A DNA stretch of 45,171 nt from an uncultured Planctomycetales bacterium (lineage in GTDB: Bacteria > Omnitrophota > Gorgyraeia > Zapsychrales > GWA2-47-8). A program made the position numbers and the translations under genes. Shown here one piece after another: positions 28,742 through 38,929 of this stretch; within the stretch, counting starts at the first letter, position 1, and every line of letters begins with the position of its first letter. The notes under the pieces are model-generated. The model made no database searches, was not told where the DNA came from, and worked only from the letters and a program-made list of their open reading frames with translations. The stretch covers positions 1 through 45,171 of the forward strand of contig CAYHTV010000003.1 in assembly GCA_964359575.1 (NCBI GenBank), given 5' to 3'.

Positions 28742-30016
28742 ATGTCATACCAAAGAACTGTGCTTGATAATGGTTTACGTATTGTCACCCATGCGATGAA
28801 AAATCGTGACAGTGCCGCGTTGGGATTTTTGGTCTCAACAGGCGGGCGCTATGAAGAGGATCATCTTAAAGGCGCGGCGCATTTTTTGGAGCATATCCTT
28901 TTTAAAGGAAGCCAAAAGTATTCCTGTGAGGAAATCAAGGAAAGTATTGAGGGCATTGGCGGAACCTTGAATGCCTTTACGGCCGAGGAGGTGACCTGTT
29001 ATTACGCCAAAATTCCGGCTAAACATTTGAGAATGACGTTTGATGTGCTGTCGGATATGGTTTTTCGTCCGATCATTTCTCCTGAAGATGTCCAAAAAGA
29101 AAGTGCCGTGATCATCGAGGAAATCAAAATGTACCATGACTTGCCGCAATACCGGGTTATGGAATTGCTGGATGCCTTGATGTGGCCTGACCATCCGTTA
29201 GGGAAGAATCTGACGGGAACCGAGGCGACCGTAGGCAGTATGACGAGTGAGAATTTACATAAATTTCATAGTGAGTATTACTCCCCGCACAATATTGTGA
29301 TTGCTGCCTGCGGACGATTAGAGCACGAAAAGTTTGTCAGGTTTGTCAAAAAGTATTTAAATAAAATTTCTAAAACACAAAGCCGGAATTTTTTGCCAGC
29401 GGACAATTCGCAGTCCCATCCCCGGGTCCATTTTTTGGAAAAGAATATTGAACAGATGCATCTGGCATTGGGAACATTGGGACTCCCGGAAGGGCACAAA
29501 GACCGATATATTTTCACGCTGTTAAATATTATTATGGGCGGGAACATGTCCAGCCGGTTGTTTAATGAGATCCGTGAGAAACGGGGTTTGGCCTATTCGA
29601 TCGGCAGCGGCATCAAGTCTTATAAAGATAGCGGGATTTTTATGGTGCGCGCGGGGGTGGATAACCAGAAGATCGTCAAGACTTTGGAGGTCGTTTTGCA
29701 GGAGTTTAAGAAGATGAAGGAGGGTGGAATTAATAAAAGTGAATTTACCCGGGCTAAAGACTATGCCATAGGCCAACTGCTATTGAGTATGGAAGAAACC
29801 ATGGATCACATGCTGTGGATTGGGGAAGAAACTGTTTCGCATGATAAGATTCGCACGCTTAAAAATGTAATCAATCAAGTCAATAAGGTGACCATGAAGG
29901 ACATCCAGCGGCTGGCCGATGACATCTTTAACGAGCAGCGTTTTAATTTAGCCCTGGTAGGGCCCATCACCGAAGATCAGAAGAGGGACTTACGCGCGTT
30001 GATGGGGGTACGATAA
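28742..30016 (+). CDS. M16 family zinc peptidase
   Basis: HFLEH (HxxEH), NAFT, SSRLFNEIREKRGLAY. Confidence 0.93.
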   Translation: MSYQRTVLDNGLRIVTHAMKNRDSAALGFLVSTGGRYEEDHLKGAAHFLEHILFKGSQKYSCEEIKESIEGIGGTLNAFTAEEVTCYYAKIPAKHLRMTFDVLSDMVFRPIISPEDVQKESAVIIEEIKMYHDLPQYRVMELLDALMWPDHPLGKNLTGTEATVGSMTSENLHKFHSEYYSPHNIVIAACGRLEHEKFVRFVKKYLNKISKTQSRNFLPADNSQSHPRVHFLEKNIEQMHLALGTLGLPEGHKDRYIFTLLNIIMGGNMSSRLFNEIREKRGLAYSIGSGIKSYKDSGIFMVRAGVDNQKIVKTLEVVLQEFKKMKEGGINKSEFTRAKDYAIGQLLLSMEETMDHMLWIGEETVSHDKIRTLKNVINQVNKVTMKDIQRLADDIFNEQRFNLALVGPITEDQKRDLRALMGVR

Positions 30017-32429
30017 TCCCTATCGTTAAATATAAAATTCCTATCAGCCAGCCCAATGCTACTAGCCCCCAAAAATAATATAAAGCAGTGAGTTTCGTAG
30101 ATTCGAAATGAAAGCGGACAACATTCTCGCCAAAAGTTAAGGGAATGGCCTTATAAGCCAGGTTGGCTTTATAGATAGTCACCGCCTGACCATTGACGGT
30201 TGCGTTCCACTGCGGGTGCCATACGTCACTATAAAAGAGATAGACTTTTTCCTTCCCCGGAACATCGATCCGGATTTCCAAATTATTGGCATCGAATCGG
30301 TCAATATCATTTTTCAGATCAATACGATAATGAGCTGACAAGCCTTCTGGCGAGATGGCCTGAGGGAGACCGAATTTTTTAAAAGGATGTTCATCAGATA
30401 AAAAAAGGATATCTCCCTGGTAGGCAGGATGACGCATGAGCTGCGCGATATCTTCTTCGGAAGAAAGAAAAATGGGATTAGTGAAGAATTGAATTTTGTC
30501 GGTTGAAACCGCCGCCATTTTTCTTGCGGCGGGATGATTTAAAGGAAAGGTCAGGGACTTATACGGTAAAAATCCTTTGGGAATTTCCGAAGGGTTGAGG
30601 GGTTGTTCCCAATACGCCTTCATCAGTTGGTCGAATGGTTTTAACCAATGATCGGTTCGCAGTGTATGTCCAGCGTCATCTTTAAAAAGAAAGGCATAGG
30701 TTGACCAATAGGCGGGAGTCAATTTCAATTTAGACAAGATCCGATCGCGTGAATCATGTAATAGAAATTCGCTTTTTCGCCGCTGATGAAAAGGCATCGA
30801 TTGAAATACCGTAATATCAAGCATCTCCCGAGGAAGTGAAATTGTTTTTGAATTTGCTTCGGTAATTTTATATTGATAGATGTGGACGGTATGAACAATA
30901 AGGAGGATCATGGTCAGACTTGGCAGCAGGCGTGTGTTTTTTTCTGAGGCCATGATGAACAAAAGCAGGGCCAGTATGAACGCAAAAAGCGATGCAAAGA
31001 CAAGCTGGGCAACTAATACACTTTTATCAAGATACGAAGGAAGACTAGGAATATATCTATACAATTTTTGAATATGGTCAGCCCAATAGGTTCCTCCTTC
31101 AACAAGGCTTAGCAGAAGTTTTTCAGCGAACGATGCATCTTGACTGATGGTCAACAGAAAAATTCCCAATCCCAGAAATAGAGAACTTAACACCATAAGG
31201 ATCCTGTTCCATTTTAATAGATGAGTGCTGTTTTCTTTAAGCTGAAGAAGTGCTTCCCACCCAAATCCAGCCCAAAAACAAATAAAAAGTTTGACAATGG
31301 GAGAAATAAGGGCCAGATGCCGAAAGAAATGCATCGCCGGCCATAGATAATAGAAAAAGGTGGCCAGAAAACTCCCTGTGCTGAATAAAAGGAGTGTAAT
31401 GATCATAGCGAAGATGTGGAGATTTCCTCGATGGATATAGAAGATAAGAGCAAACAGGGAGAGGGCCAATGGGAGAAATCCAATAAAAAGGGTGTAATCC
31501 GATGCCGGCGAGACACCGAAAAGCATTTCCACCCATTTTAAGAGAGACATATTACGTCCGTAAGTGAGGAATCCGTTCAAATCGACATGGGCGTCAGCGC
31601 CGCGGCCATAATTGTAATTGGTAATTTCGGCCGTGTTAATTTCCAAAAGCGTGTAGGCGAGATAAAAAAGGGCTGCTATGACCAGGAAGGTCAAAACGGC
31701 TGGCCACGAAAATTTTATAGAGCGTAATTGGGGAAGGACTTCTTGGAAGTTAAAGGCTGCAAAAAAAAGAAAGTACAAAAATATTACTAAAGTCGTCACC
31801 GGAATAAAATATGGCAGATTGCCGAGTGTCTGCAGTGCCAGGAGGGTCCCGGTTAAGGCGAGATAGCGCCACCGGCCGGTTTCTAGGAATCTGTGTGTGC
31901 AGTGAAGCAGCAAGGGAATCAGATAGTAAAAATGAAAATTGTACCACACCTGGATGAACCAGATACAAGATCCGCTTATTGTAACCACAACCAAAAAAAC
32001 AGTGGATAGCGAGTGATAAAATCGTCGAGCTAAAAGCCAGGCACCTACAATGAGGGCAAACTCATCAACAAACATTCCCAGTTGAAAAATATAAACGAAA
32101 TTAATCCCCTTTAGGATCCAGGCCACCCAATGCCCAAAAGCGAGGAGAGCGGTTTGGAGAATACCGGCCGCGATTGCATACCACCATGTGGCAACGGTCC
32201 CATGGGTCATAAAGGGTATCCACTGTGGGACTTCATCAGCGGTAACGGCATTATTGAGAAAAAAATACTGTAAATGAAAATATTGGAAGGTATCAAATCC
32301 TGCCGGAATACGCCGCTGCCAACAAAGCCATATATAAAAAAGGAGCTGAAGAATTAAGAGTAGGCCGAAGAGAAATCCTTCGGATCGGGGGATTTGTGGT
32401 TTATGGGATGAGGGATGTTCTGGGTTCAT
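29967..32429 (-). CDS. YfhO-like polytopic membrane protein (GT-C type)
   Basis: Many TM segments; C-terminal DVWHPQWNATVNG...IYKANLAYKAIPL. Confidence 0.75.
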   Translation of the reverse strand: MNPEHPSSHKPQIPRSEGFLFGLLLILQLLFYIWLCWQRRIPAGFDTFQYFHLQYFFLNNAVTADEVPQWIPFMTHGTVATWWYAIAAGILQTALLAFGHWVAWILKGINFVYIFQLGMFVDEFALIVGAWLLARRFYHSLSTVFLVVVTISGSCIWFIQVWYNFHFYYLIPLLLHCTHRFLETGRWRYLALTGTLLALQTLGNLPYFIPVTTLVIFLYFLFFAAFNFQEVLPQLRSIKFSWPAVLTFLVIAALFYLAYTLLEINTAEITNYNYGRGADAHVDLNGFLTYGRNMSLLKWVEMLFGVSPASDYTLFIGFLPLALSLFALIFYIHRGNLHIFAMIITLLLFSTGSFLATFFYYLWPAMHFFRHLALISPIVKLFICFWAGFGWEALLQLKENSTHLLKWNRILMVLSSLFLGLGIFLLTISQDASFAEKLLLSLVEGGTYWADHIQKLYRYIPSLPSYLDKSVLVAQLVFASLFAFILALLLFIMASEKNTRLLPSLTMILLIVHTVHIYQYKITEANSKTISLPREMLDITVFQSMPFHQRRKSEFLLHDSRDRILSKLKLTPAYWSTYAFLFKDDAGHTLRTDHWLKPFDQLMKAYWEQPLNPSEIPKGFLPYKSLTFPLNHPAARKMAAVSTDKIQFFTNPIFLSSEEDIAQLMRHPAYQGDILFLSDEHPFKKFGLPQAISPEGLSAHYRIDLKNDIDRFDANNLEIRIDVPGKEKVYLFYSDVWHPQWNATVNGQAVTIYKANLAYKAIPLTFGENVVRFHFESTKLTALYYFWGLVALGWLIGILYLTIGIIVPPSTRVSPSSDLR

Positions 32430-32642
32430 GTGGATATTTTATTGTAAATGATTTTAACGGATATGAGGAGATAATTTTAGAAAAGTTTGGGGCGATTTTT
32501 TTTAGATTTTAAAAAAAAAACCCCCCCAAAAAAAATTTTTAAAATTAAAAAAAGTTAATTATTTTTTTTATATTTTTATTTTTTTGGTGTTTTTTTTTTT
32601 AACTTTAAAAAAAACCCCCCCCACCCTAAAATATTTTTTAAA

Positions 32643-32671
32643 TTGACAAGCGTTTAATTATTGGATAGACT
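32643..32671 (+). promoter_or_regulatory. Near-consensus sigma70 promoter
   Basis: TTGACA-17 nt-TAGACT. Confidence 0.7.
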
Positions 32672-32723
32672 GTGACAGATTCTTAAACCCTAACAGCCAA
32701 AGTATCAAAGGAGGATATGTATT

Positions 32724-32897
32724 ATGCCAGAAGAACTCTCTTTCTACGATGTGAAAACCAAGGCAAAGTTTAAGACAGGGGAGTATCAAGTTAGACAAAA
32801 GGCTGGACGTTTTTTTGCGGTAGCTAAATCTAAGGCTGGTACGCATGAATGCTGGAGAGTTTTAAGCAAAGACCAAGCGGCCAAAATGAAGAAATAA
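32724..32897 (+). CDS. 57-aa basic protein resembling archaeal chromatin protein CC1 (not in the ORF track)
   Basis: MPEELSFYDVKTKAKFKTGEYQVRQKAGRFFAVAKSKAGTHECWRVLSKDQAAKMKK; SD aaggagga; promoter upstream. Confidence 0.8.
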   Translation: MPEELSFYDVKTKAKFKTGEYQVRQKAGRFFAVAKSKAGTHECWRVLSKDQAAKMKK

Positions 32898-32933
32898 GCA
32901 TGAAAGGTTGCCGGTCGTATTAAAGACACATCC

Positions 32934-33278
32934 TTGACACCACTGAAGCTTGCCAAATTAATCGCAGAATGCGCCTCAGATAAAAAAGCCGCTGAAATTA
33001 CGGTTCTTGATATGCGTAAGGTGGCTAATTTCTGCGATTATTTTGTTCTCTGTACAGGAAATACCGATCGCCAAGTTCGGGCCGTGGCTTTGGGAATCGA
33101 AGAAAAAATCCACGAGTTGAATCTTCGTTCTGTGAAAAAACAGGGTTTGAGCGATTCGCGCTGGATCGCGATGGATTTTGGTGATGTGGTGGTTCATATT
33201 TTTGAAAAGCTTACGCGCGAATTTTACGGTTTGGATTATCTCTGGCAAGATGCTAAAAAAGTAAACTGGGAGAAATAA
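32934..33278 (+). CDS. rsfS: Ribosome silencing factor
   Basis: DKKAAEITVLD, DYFVLCTG, WIAMDFGDVVVHIF, REFYGLDYLW. Confidence 0.95.
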   Translation: MTPLKLAKLIAECASDKKAAEITVLDMRKVANFCDYFVLCTGNTDRQVRAVALGIEEKIHELNLRSVKKQGLSDSRWIAMDFGDVVVHIFEKLTREFYGLDYLWQDAKKVNWEK

Positions 33279-33339
33279 GCGCCAGTAACCGAAACGTTTC
33301 TCCAATATCTTCTCATGAATAAGCTTATTCTGTGTTGCC

Positions 33340-35010
33340 ATGTTAGTCAATCTCCAAGAGCAGTTAAAAGACGTTATTTCCCAATCGCTTCGCGAATCGC
33401 ATAAATCTCTCACCGAATTTCCTCCAATCGTCCTGGAAATTCCCAATGACAAAAAGCACGGGGAATTTTCCTGTAATATTTCTCTGCAGTTAGCCAAACC
33501 GCTTCGCCGGTCCCCCTTAGAGTTAGCCGCCCAACTAGTAGCGGCCATTCAAAAAAATGTTGAAAGCAGTCCCTTAAACGGGCATCTTCAGAAAATTGAT
33601 GTGGTGCGGCCGGGATTCATCAATTTTTATTTAAGCCCTGGGGCGCTTTATGTCACCTTGAGCGAGGTTTTAAAAGAAGGAAAGAATTTCGGTTCATCGG
33701 CGTTTGGCAAGAAGAAAAGAGTTCAAGTGGAATTTGTCAGCGCCAATCCGACGGGACCGTTGAGTGTCGCCCATGCCCGTCAGGCAGCCGTAGGGGATGC
33801 CTTGGTGAATATTTTGAATTTTGTCGGGTTCGCTGCCCAAAAAGAATTTTATGTGAATGATGAGGGAAATCAGATTAATATTTTGGGGCGTTCGGTAGAG
33901 CTGCGCAGCCGCGAAGTTTTAGGTGAAAAAATTGAGTTTCCCGAAGATTGTTATCAGGGCGATTATATCCTCGACATGGCTAGAATTTATATGGAGCAAA
34001 ACAAGGTGGGGAAAATTGCGGATTTGGAAGGTAAGGCCGATCGTATCCGGCAGTTTGCGGTAGATTATTTGCTCAATGTGATTAAAAAGGAATTGGATGA
34101 TTTTGGCGTGCATTTTGATGTGTGGGCGCATCAGTCGAAAATTGCAACCAAAGAGAATATTGAAGCGGTTTTGGATTTTCTAGGTGAAAAGGGATTCCTT
34201 TATGAAAAAGAAGGGGCATTGTGGTTTAGGTCCACGGATTTTGGTGATGACAAGGACCGAGTGGTTGAAAAAAGCGATGGTAACTATACCTACCTCACCC
34301 CTGACATCGTTTATCACCAAAATAAGTTCAAGCGGGGATTTGAAAAGGTTATCAATATTTGGGGGCCGGATCACCACGGGTATATTCCGCGTATTAAAGC
34401 CGTGGTGGAGGCCTTAGGGTATGACCGCGATGATGTGGAGGTCTTGATTGTGCAGCTGGCGACGCTTTATCGTGGCGGCCAGCCGATTTCGATGTCGACG
34501 CGGCGGGGGCAGTATATCAGCTTACGGGAAGTGATGAGTGAGGTGGGGGTGGATGCGGCCCGTTTTTTCTTTCTAATGCGGCGCATCAGTGCGCATCTGG
34601 ATTTTGATCTGGAATTAGCCAAAAAAGAGACACCGGAAAATCCCGTCTATTATATTCAATACGCGCACGCACGCATTTATAGTGTCTGGGATAAGGCCAA
34701 GGAAGTCAATCTGGCAGCGAGGCATACGCATTTTTCTCTCCTTAAAAATGAAGAGGAGCTGGATTTGCTTAAAAAAATCGGTCAGTTTCCGGGAGTTTTG
34801 ATTTTATGCGCCGAGCAGCTCGACCCTTACGCGTTGGTGAATTATCTGCACGAATTGGCCACGATGTTTCACCGATTTTACGATAAGCACCGCGTGATTG
34901 ACCAAAATCCTGATCTTGCCGCAGAGCGGTTGGCTCTTTTGGACGCGGCGCGCATTGTTTTGGCTAATGGCTTAAAATTGTTGGGTGTCGGCGCGCCGAA
35001 GAAAATGTAG
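33340..35010 (+). CDS. argS: Arginine--tRNA ligase
   Basis: EFVSANPTGPL, WGPDHHGY, MSTRRG, YYIQYAHARI, APKKM. Confidence 0.97.
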   Translation: MLVNLQEQLKDVISQSLRESHKSLTEFPPIVLEIPNDKKHGEFSCNISLQLAKPLRRSPLELAAQLVAAIQKNVESSPLNGHLQKIDVVRPGFINFYLSPGALYVTLSEVLKEGKNFGSSAFGKKKRVQVEFVSANPTGPLSVAHARQAAVGDALVNILNFVGFAAQKEFYVNDEGNQINILGRSVELRSREVLGEKIEFPEDCYQGDYILDMARIYMEQNKVGKIADLEGKADRIRQFAVDYLLNVIKKELDDFGVHFDVWAHQSKIATKENIEAVLDFLGEKGFLYEKEGALWFRSTDFGDDKDRVVEKSDGNYTYLTPDIVYHQNKFKRGFEKVINIWGPDHHGYIPRIKAVVEALGYDRDDVEVLIVQLATLYRGGQPISMSTRRGQYISLREVMSEVGVDAARFFFLMRRISAHLDFDLELAKKETPENPVYYIQYAHARIYSVWDKAKEVNLAARHTHFSLLKNEEELDLLKKIGQFPGVLILCAEQLDPYALVNYLHELATMFHRFYDKHRVIDQNPDLAAERLALLDAARIVLANGLKLLGVGAPKKM

Positions 35011-35025
35011 GCTTTGCATAGATAC

Positions 35026-35128
35026 TATTGACCTTTGTAGAGCCAAAAGAATTGAAGTAGTCAATATTGGCCTTTGTCTCCTCAATGATAAATTCAAATT
35101 TTTTTCTTTAGTTGTACAAAGGCCCATA
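35026..35128 (+). mobile_element. Element A copy
   Basis: 3 substitutions relative to the 6256 copy; TA at both ends. Confidence 0.85.
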
Positions 35129-35129
35129 A

Positions 35130-35173
35130 GAGTTCGAATTTCGAAATTGTTTCGTATTTCGTGATTAAAATTT
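35130..35173. repeat. Half copy of family D repeat before recJ
   Basis: aatttcgaaattgtttcg is the reverse complement of a segment in 26488-26572. Confidence 0.6.
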
Positions 35174-35176
35174 TCT

Positions 35177-36871
35177 ATGAGCATATTGATAACCAAACGC
35201 TGGATCATCAAACCACCTCATCCGCAATTGCAGGTGCAGCTGAGCAACGCCCTGCAGATTCACCCCATTATTGCGCAGCTTTTGGTTAATCGAGAAGTTG
35301 ACCAAGAAGCAGATGCGAGGGATTTTCTTTTTGGGAATTTGGCGGATCTCCATGACCCGTTCTTACTTAAGGATATGGATCGGGCGGTAAATCGCATTCA
35401 TAAAGCGAGAGACAGCGATGAGCTGGTTTTGATTTTTGGCGATTATGATGTGGATGGGGTTACATCTTCCGCGCTTTTGAACTTTGTCCTCAAAAAAATT
35501 GGGGTCAGGGTCATGCATTATATTCCGCACCGGATGCATGATGGGTATGGATTGAATCATGACATCGCGCAGTTAGCGAAGGAAAAAGGAGTCAGCCTGC
35601 TTATTGCCGTTGATTGCGGTATCACGGCCCACAGCGAGGTTGCCAATCTCAATTCCGTTGGGGTTGAGGTCATAATTTTTGACCATCATGAACCTCCGCC
35701 GGAAGGAATTCCATCGGCTGTCGCCGTTGTTAACCCTAAACGGGCTGATTGCGCCTATCCTTTCAAAAGTTTGGCCTCCGTTGGGTTGATGGCAAAATTG
35801 ATCCAGGCTTTGCTTGGAAAAATCGACGAAGATTATTTGGATTTGGTGGCCTTGGGGACGATTGCCGATGTGGTGCCACTGCGCGGAGAAAATCGGATTT
35901 TTGTCAAAAACGGTTTGCCGAAAATCGCCCAGACTAAAAATCCAGGACTGTCCGCCCTTTTAGATGTCGCGAAGATTAAAGGAAAAGCGATGCGGCCATT
36001 TTATGTGGGATTTATTTTAGGCCCGCGGATCAACGCGACCGGCCGTATGGACTCGGCCCAAAAGTCTTTAGAATTATTTTTAAGTGAAGACGCTGATGAG
36101 GCTTATGCGCTAGCGCAATTTTTAGACAAACAAAATTCCGAACGGCAAAAAATGCAGCGCGATATTGTTCAAGAGGCGTTTGATATCGTTGAGCGGGAGG
36201 TCAATTTTAAAGATCACAAGGTGATTGTGGTTGGAAAGGCAGGCTGGCATAAAGGGGTTTTAGGCATCGTGGCATCGCGTTTGACGGAAACCTATTATCG
36301 GCCGAGTATCGTGATTTCCTTTAGCGAGGGGATAGGAACAGCCTCGGCCCGCTCTATAGAGGGTTTTCACTTGCATGAGGCTTTAACGCATTGCGCAGAA
36401 ATGCTGGAAGGCTACGGCGGCCACCGCCTCGCCGCTGGCTTGACGATCAAAGAAGAAAACATTGATCCTTTCCGCGGTTTGATTAATCAATTCGCGCACA
36501 GTGTTTTGCGGGAAGAGCATCTTATCCCGACTTTAAAAATTGATTGTGAAATTTCTTTAGGGAGTTTGGATCTCAAACTCGTGGAAATTGTGGATTCGCT
36601 GGAACCGTATGGAGAAGGAAACCCTTTACCGGTTTTTTGCTCGCGGAATCTCACCGTCAAAAGTCCGCCGGCGATTTTAGGTAAAGACACGCTTAAATTC
36701 TGGGTGACCGATGGTGAGGCCGCGTTCTCAGCGGTGGGTTTCGGTATGGCCAAGTACCGTGATCTGGTACAATTAGGGCAAAAGGTCGACCTCGCCTATC
36801 ATTTGACAATCGATGACTACCACAAACAACCCACGGTGCAGTTGAAGTTGAAGGATATTAGGGAAAGTTGA
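35177..36871 (+). CDS. recJ: ssDNA exonuclease RecJ
   Basis: GDYDVDG, DCG, DHH, GTIADVVPL, PRINATGR, GGH, LEPYGEGN. Confidence 0.97.
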   Translation: MSILITKRWIIKPPHPQLQVQLSNALQIHPIIAQLLVNREVDQEADARDFLFGNLADLHDPFLLKDMDRAVNRIHKARDSDELVLIFGDYDVDGVTSSALLNFVLKKIGVRVMHYIPHRMHDGYGLNHDIAQLAKEKGVSLLIAVDCGITAHSEVANLNSVGVEVIIFDHHEPPPEGIPSAVAVVNPKRADCAYPFKSLASVGLMAKLIQALLGKIDEDYLDLVALGTIADVVPLRGENRIFVKNGLPKIAQTKNPGLSALLDVAKIKGKAMRPFYVGFILGPRINATGRMDSAQKSLELFLSEDADEAYALAQFLDKQNSERQKMQRDIVQEAFDIVEREVNFKDHKVIVVGKAGWHKGVLGIVASRLTETYYRPSIVISFSEGIGTASARSIEGFHLHEALTHCAEMLEGYGGHRLAAGLTIKEENIDPFRGLINQFAHSVLREEHLIPTLKIDCEISLGSLDLKLVEIVDSLEPYGEGNPLPVFCSRNLTVKSPPAILGKDTLKFWVTDGEAAFSAVGFGMAKYRDLVQLGQKVDLAYHLTIDDYHKQPTVQLKLKDIRES

Positions 36872-36884
36872 AAATAGAAAAATG

Positions 36885-36918
36885 TGCTATACTTATTATG
36901 TACGTAAAAACGTACATA
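36885..36918 (+). promoter_or_regulatory. TA promoter (extended -10) and palindromic operator
   Basis: TGcTATACT 36885-36893; tatgtacgt-aaaa-acgtacata 36897-36918 (TGTAC half-sites as in YefM operators). Confidence 0.65.
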
Positions 36919-36947
36919 TATAAGCTTATTATAAGGAGGAGGGGATA

Positions 36948-37202
36948 ATGACTGTCTTAAGCGCTACTGATGCACGTAATCAATGGTTTGAATTATTAAG
37001 GAGATCGGTTAAGGGACACCGCGTTTATCGAATTCTCTCCAAAGAAGGAGAAGTCGTTCTTCTTTCTAAAGAAGATTACGAAAATCTTTTGGAGACTTTG
37101 GAATTGTTGTCCACCCCTGGTTTTAAGCAAAGTATTCGTCAGGCTAAAAAGGAAATCAAGCAAGGGAAGACGTATTCCATGGATGAGGTATTTGGTGGTT
37201 GA
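36948..37202 (+). CDS. Phd/YefM family antitoxin
   Basis: LSATDARNQ...VVLLSKEDYENLLETLELLS. Confidence 0.9.
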   Translation: MTVLSATDARNQWFELLRRSVKGHRVYRILSKEGEVVLLSKEDYENLLETLELLSTPGFKQSIRQAKKEIKQGKTYSMDEVFGG

Positions 37203-37461
37203 GAGAAAATCTTATACTATCCGCATCACCCAGCGCGCAAAGAAGGATATCGATAAATTAGATCCTCATTCTAAGAAAAAACTGCACGACATTCTTGCCG
37301 AAGTTATTATTTACAATCCTTATGAAGGAAAAAAATTGATCGGCGATCTGTTAGGACATTACTCCTATAGACTGAATTATAAAGATAGGATTGTTTACAG
37401 CATCGATGAGCAGAATAAAGTCATTTATATTGAACGGGCTCGAACGCATTATGGGACATAA
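37195..37461 (+). CDS. RelE/YoeB (Txe) family toxin; start 37195 or 37183
   Basis: AKKDIDKL, GKKLIGDLLGHYSYRLNYKDRIVY, RTHYG; overlaps the antitoxin. Confidence 0.9.
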   Translation: MVERKSYTIRITQRAKKDIDKLDPHSKKKLHDILAEVIIYNPYEGKKLIGDLLGHYSYRLNYKDRIVYSIDEQNKVIYIERARTHYGT

Positions 37462-37491
37462 AAGCTTCTCACTGATGAACCCGCCAATGAT

Positions 37492-38850
37492 TTACGGAAT
37501 CGTCTCAACCGCAAGTTCGAGTATTAGGCCGTTATTTGGGCTTGGAGCGTAAACCGATTTTAATGGGCTGAAAATTCCGGTTGTTAAATCCCCGGTCGTA
37601 AACAAGATTTTTTGTTGACGTATACCTGTAGTACGATTATCTTCATATAAAACCGCAATGGGAACGGTGTTGGAATATCTTCCTTGGAGTGTAGCCACAA
37701 AGCCATAACTCTCCGATACTGGAGTATTGACTTGTCCAAGAGGGATTTGTTGAAGATTTTGATAAAGGGGTGGTCCGGAAAAAAGATAAGCTGTTAAGGT
37801 GTCAGCCCCAGCCCATTGCCCCCGCGTTAGTCGAGCAGCGGCAAAAAATAAAGAAGGCGCAAGATTAGAATCTGCTGTGCCCATCTGTTGAACATTTTCA
37901 GCATCAGGAACGGTTAAAAGATCCTGCCAAGTTCCCGAAATTTTCGCCCTAAAGGCTGCGCCAGTGAACGGAATTCCAGTTTTTTGTATCGGCAAGGACA
38001 TCGAATTTATCGAAGGAGAATATTGCATCCCACTCCCCAGTAATTGCGTATTTATCGTATGATTCCCGCTAATTATCTGCGGTGGATTTTTGACAGCTAA
38101 AGTCAGGGGATCAAGAGTCATTTCATATATGGAACGAGAGGCGGCTGGCAAGAAAAATCCGTTGGTATGAAATCTCACCAATAGTTCATTTTTTTGTGAA
38201 TCATACATTATTCCCATGCCATCGGGCAGATCCCCGCTTTGATTTACTGTGGTAATCTTTTGCCATTGTGGTTGGGTCGTAAAATTTGGACTTTTGCCCA
38301 CCCAAATGTCCAGTGCATTAGTGCCGGATAAAGGATCAGCCACCCCACAAACAAAGTATTGCTCAATGGTTACTGGATTAACGGCCTGATCGCAGCCAAC
38401 AACATTTAGTGTTCCACCTGTGGGAACAGGGAGGTTGATGGTTCGATAAATAAAACTATTGGGCGCGCTAAGATTCGGAATTGTCACTTCATGGAAGTTA
38501 GGTATCGCATAGATGCCGTTACCCTTTATTTCTTCAAATGTAATGTAGGTTAAACCAGCCAAATCTTTGTTTATTTTTATATCAACCGGCACATGAGTAC
38601 TTCCTGTGTATAAGACAACCGGCGCGGCACTCACCCCTATTTTTGAGTCAACCCGAATGAGTTCCACTGTCCTATTGTTTGCAGTGAAATTGATTTTGGA
38701 ATAAACGACAAAATGATCATAGGAAGGTTGACTGAGGGGTGCCTTTAATTTTTGAGAATTAAAGGAATCGACTGCGGCTTGGCCTGGAGTGGTTAATAAA
38801 ACATAAAATCCGCATAAAATGTAGCCCATGGTTCGTAGTATATTTTTCAA
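37492..38850 (-). CDS. Secreted hypothetical protein (about 452 aa), beta-rich
   Basis: TTG start after SD aaggag; signal peptide; rich in N/P/Q/T/S. Confidence 0.75.
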   Translation of the reverse strand: MKNILRTMGYILCGFYVLLTTPGQAAVDSFNSQKLKAPLSQPSYDHFVVYSKINFTANNRTVELIRVDSKIGVSAAPVVLYTGSTHVPVDIKINKDLAGLTYITFEEIKGNGIYAIPNFHEVTIPNLSAPNSFIYRTINLPVPTGGTLNVVGCDQAVNPVTIEQYFVCGVADPLSGTNALDIWVGKSPNFTTQPQWQKITTVNQSGDLPDGMGIMYDSQKNELLVRFHTNGFFLPAASRSIYEMTLDPLTLAVKNPPQIISGNHTINTQLLGSGMQYSPSINSMSLPIQKTGIPFTGAAFRAKISGTWQDLLTVPDAENVQQMGTADSNLAPSLFFAAARLTRGQWAGADTLTAYLFSGPPLYQNLQQIPLGQVNTPVSESYGFVATLQGRYSNTVPIAVLYEDNRTTGIRQQKILFTTGDLTTGIFSPLKSVYAPSPNNGLILELAVETIP

Positions 38851-38929
38851 TTTCTTCTCCTTGGTTAAAAAGTTTCTTAATCTCCTAAACGAAAGGATAA
38901 CATTTTTTTTGGGGGGGGGCAAGGGCTGT

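Noticed and set aside
32496-32642. Run of A/C/T homopolymers between the YfhO-like gene and the CC1-like gene
   Set aside because: Looks like low-quality base calling or gap fill; no periodic structure; needs read support before being called a contingency locus
6256-35128. CRISPR array or integron attC interpretation of elements A and B
   Set aside because: Copies are kilobases apart among housekeeping genes; no spacers, cas or intI genes, and no RYYYAAC...GTTRRRY ends
38903-38919. T8-G9 tract upstream of the 452-aa gene as a phase-variable promoter; ORF-track start at 38922
   Set aside because: Could be a sequencing artefact; the SD-supported start is 38850, so the tract is non-coding and there is no evidence of length variation
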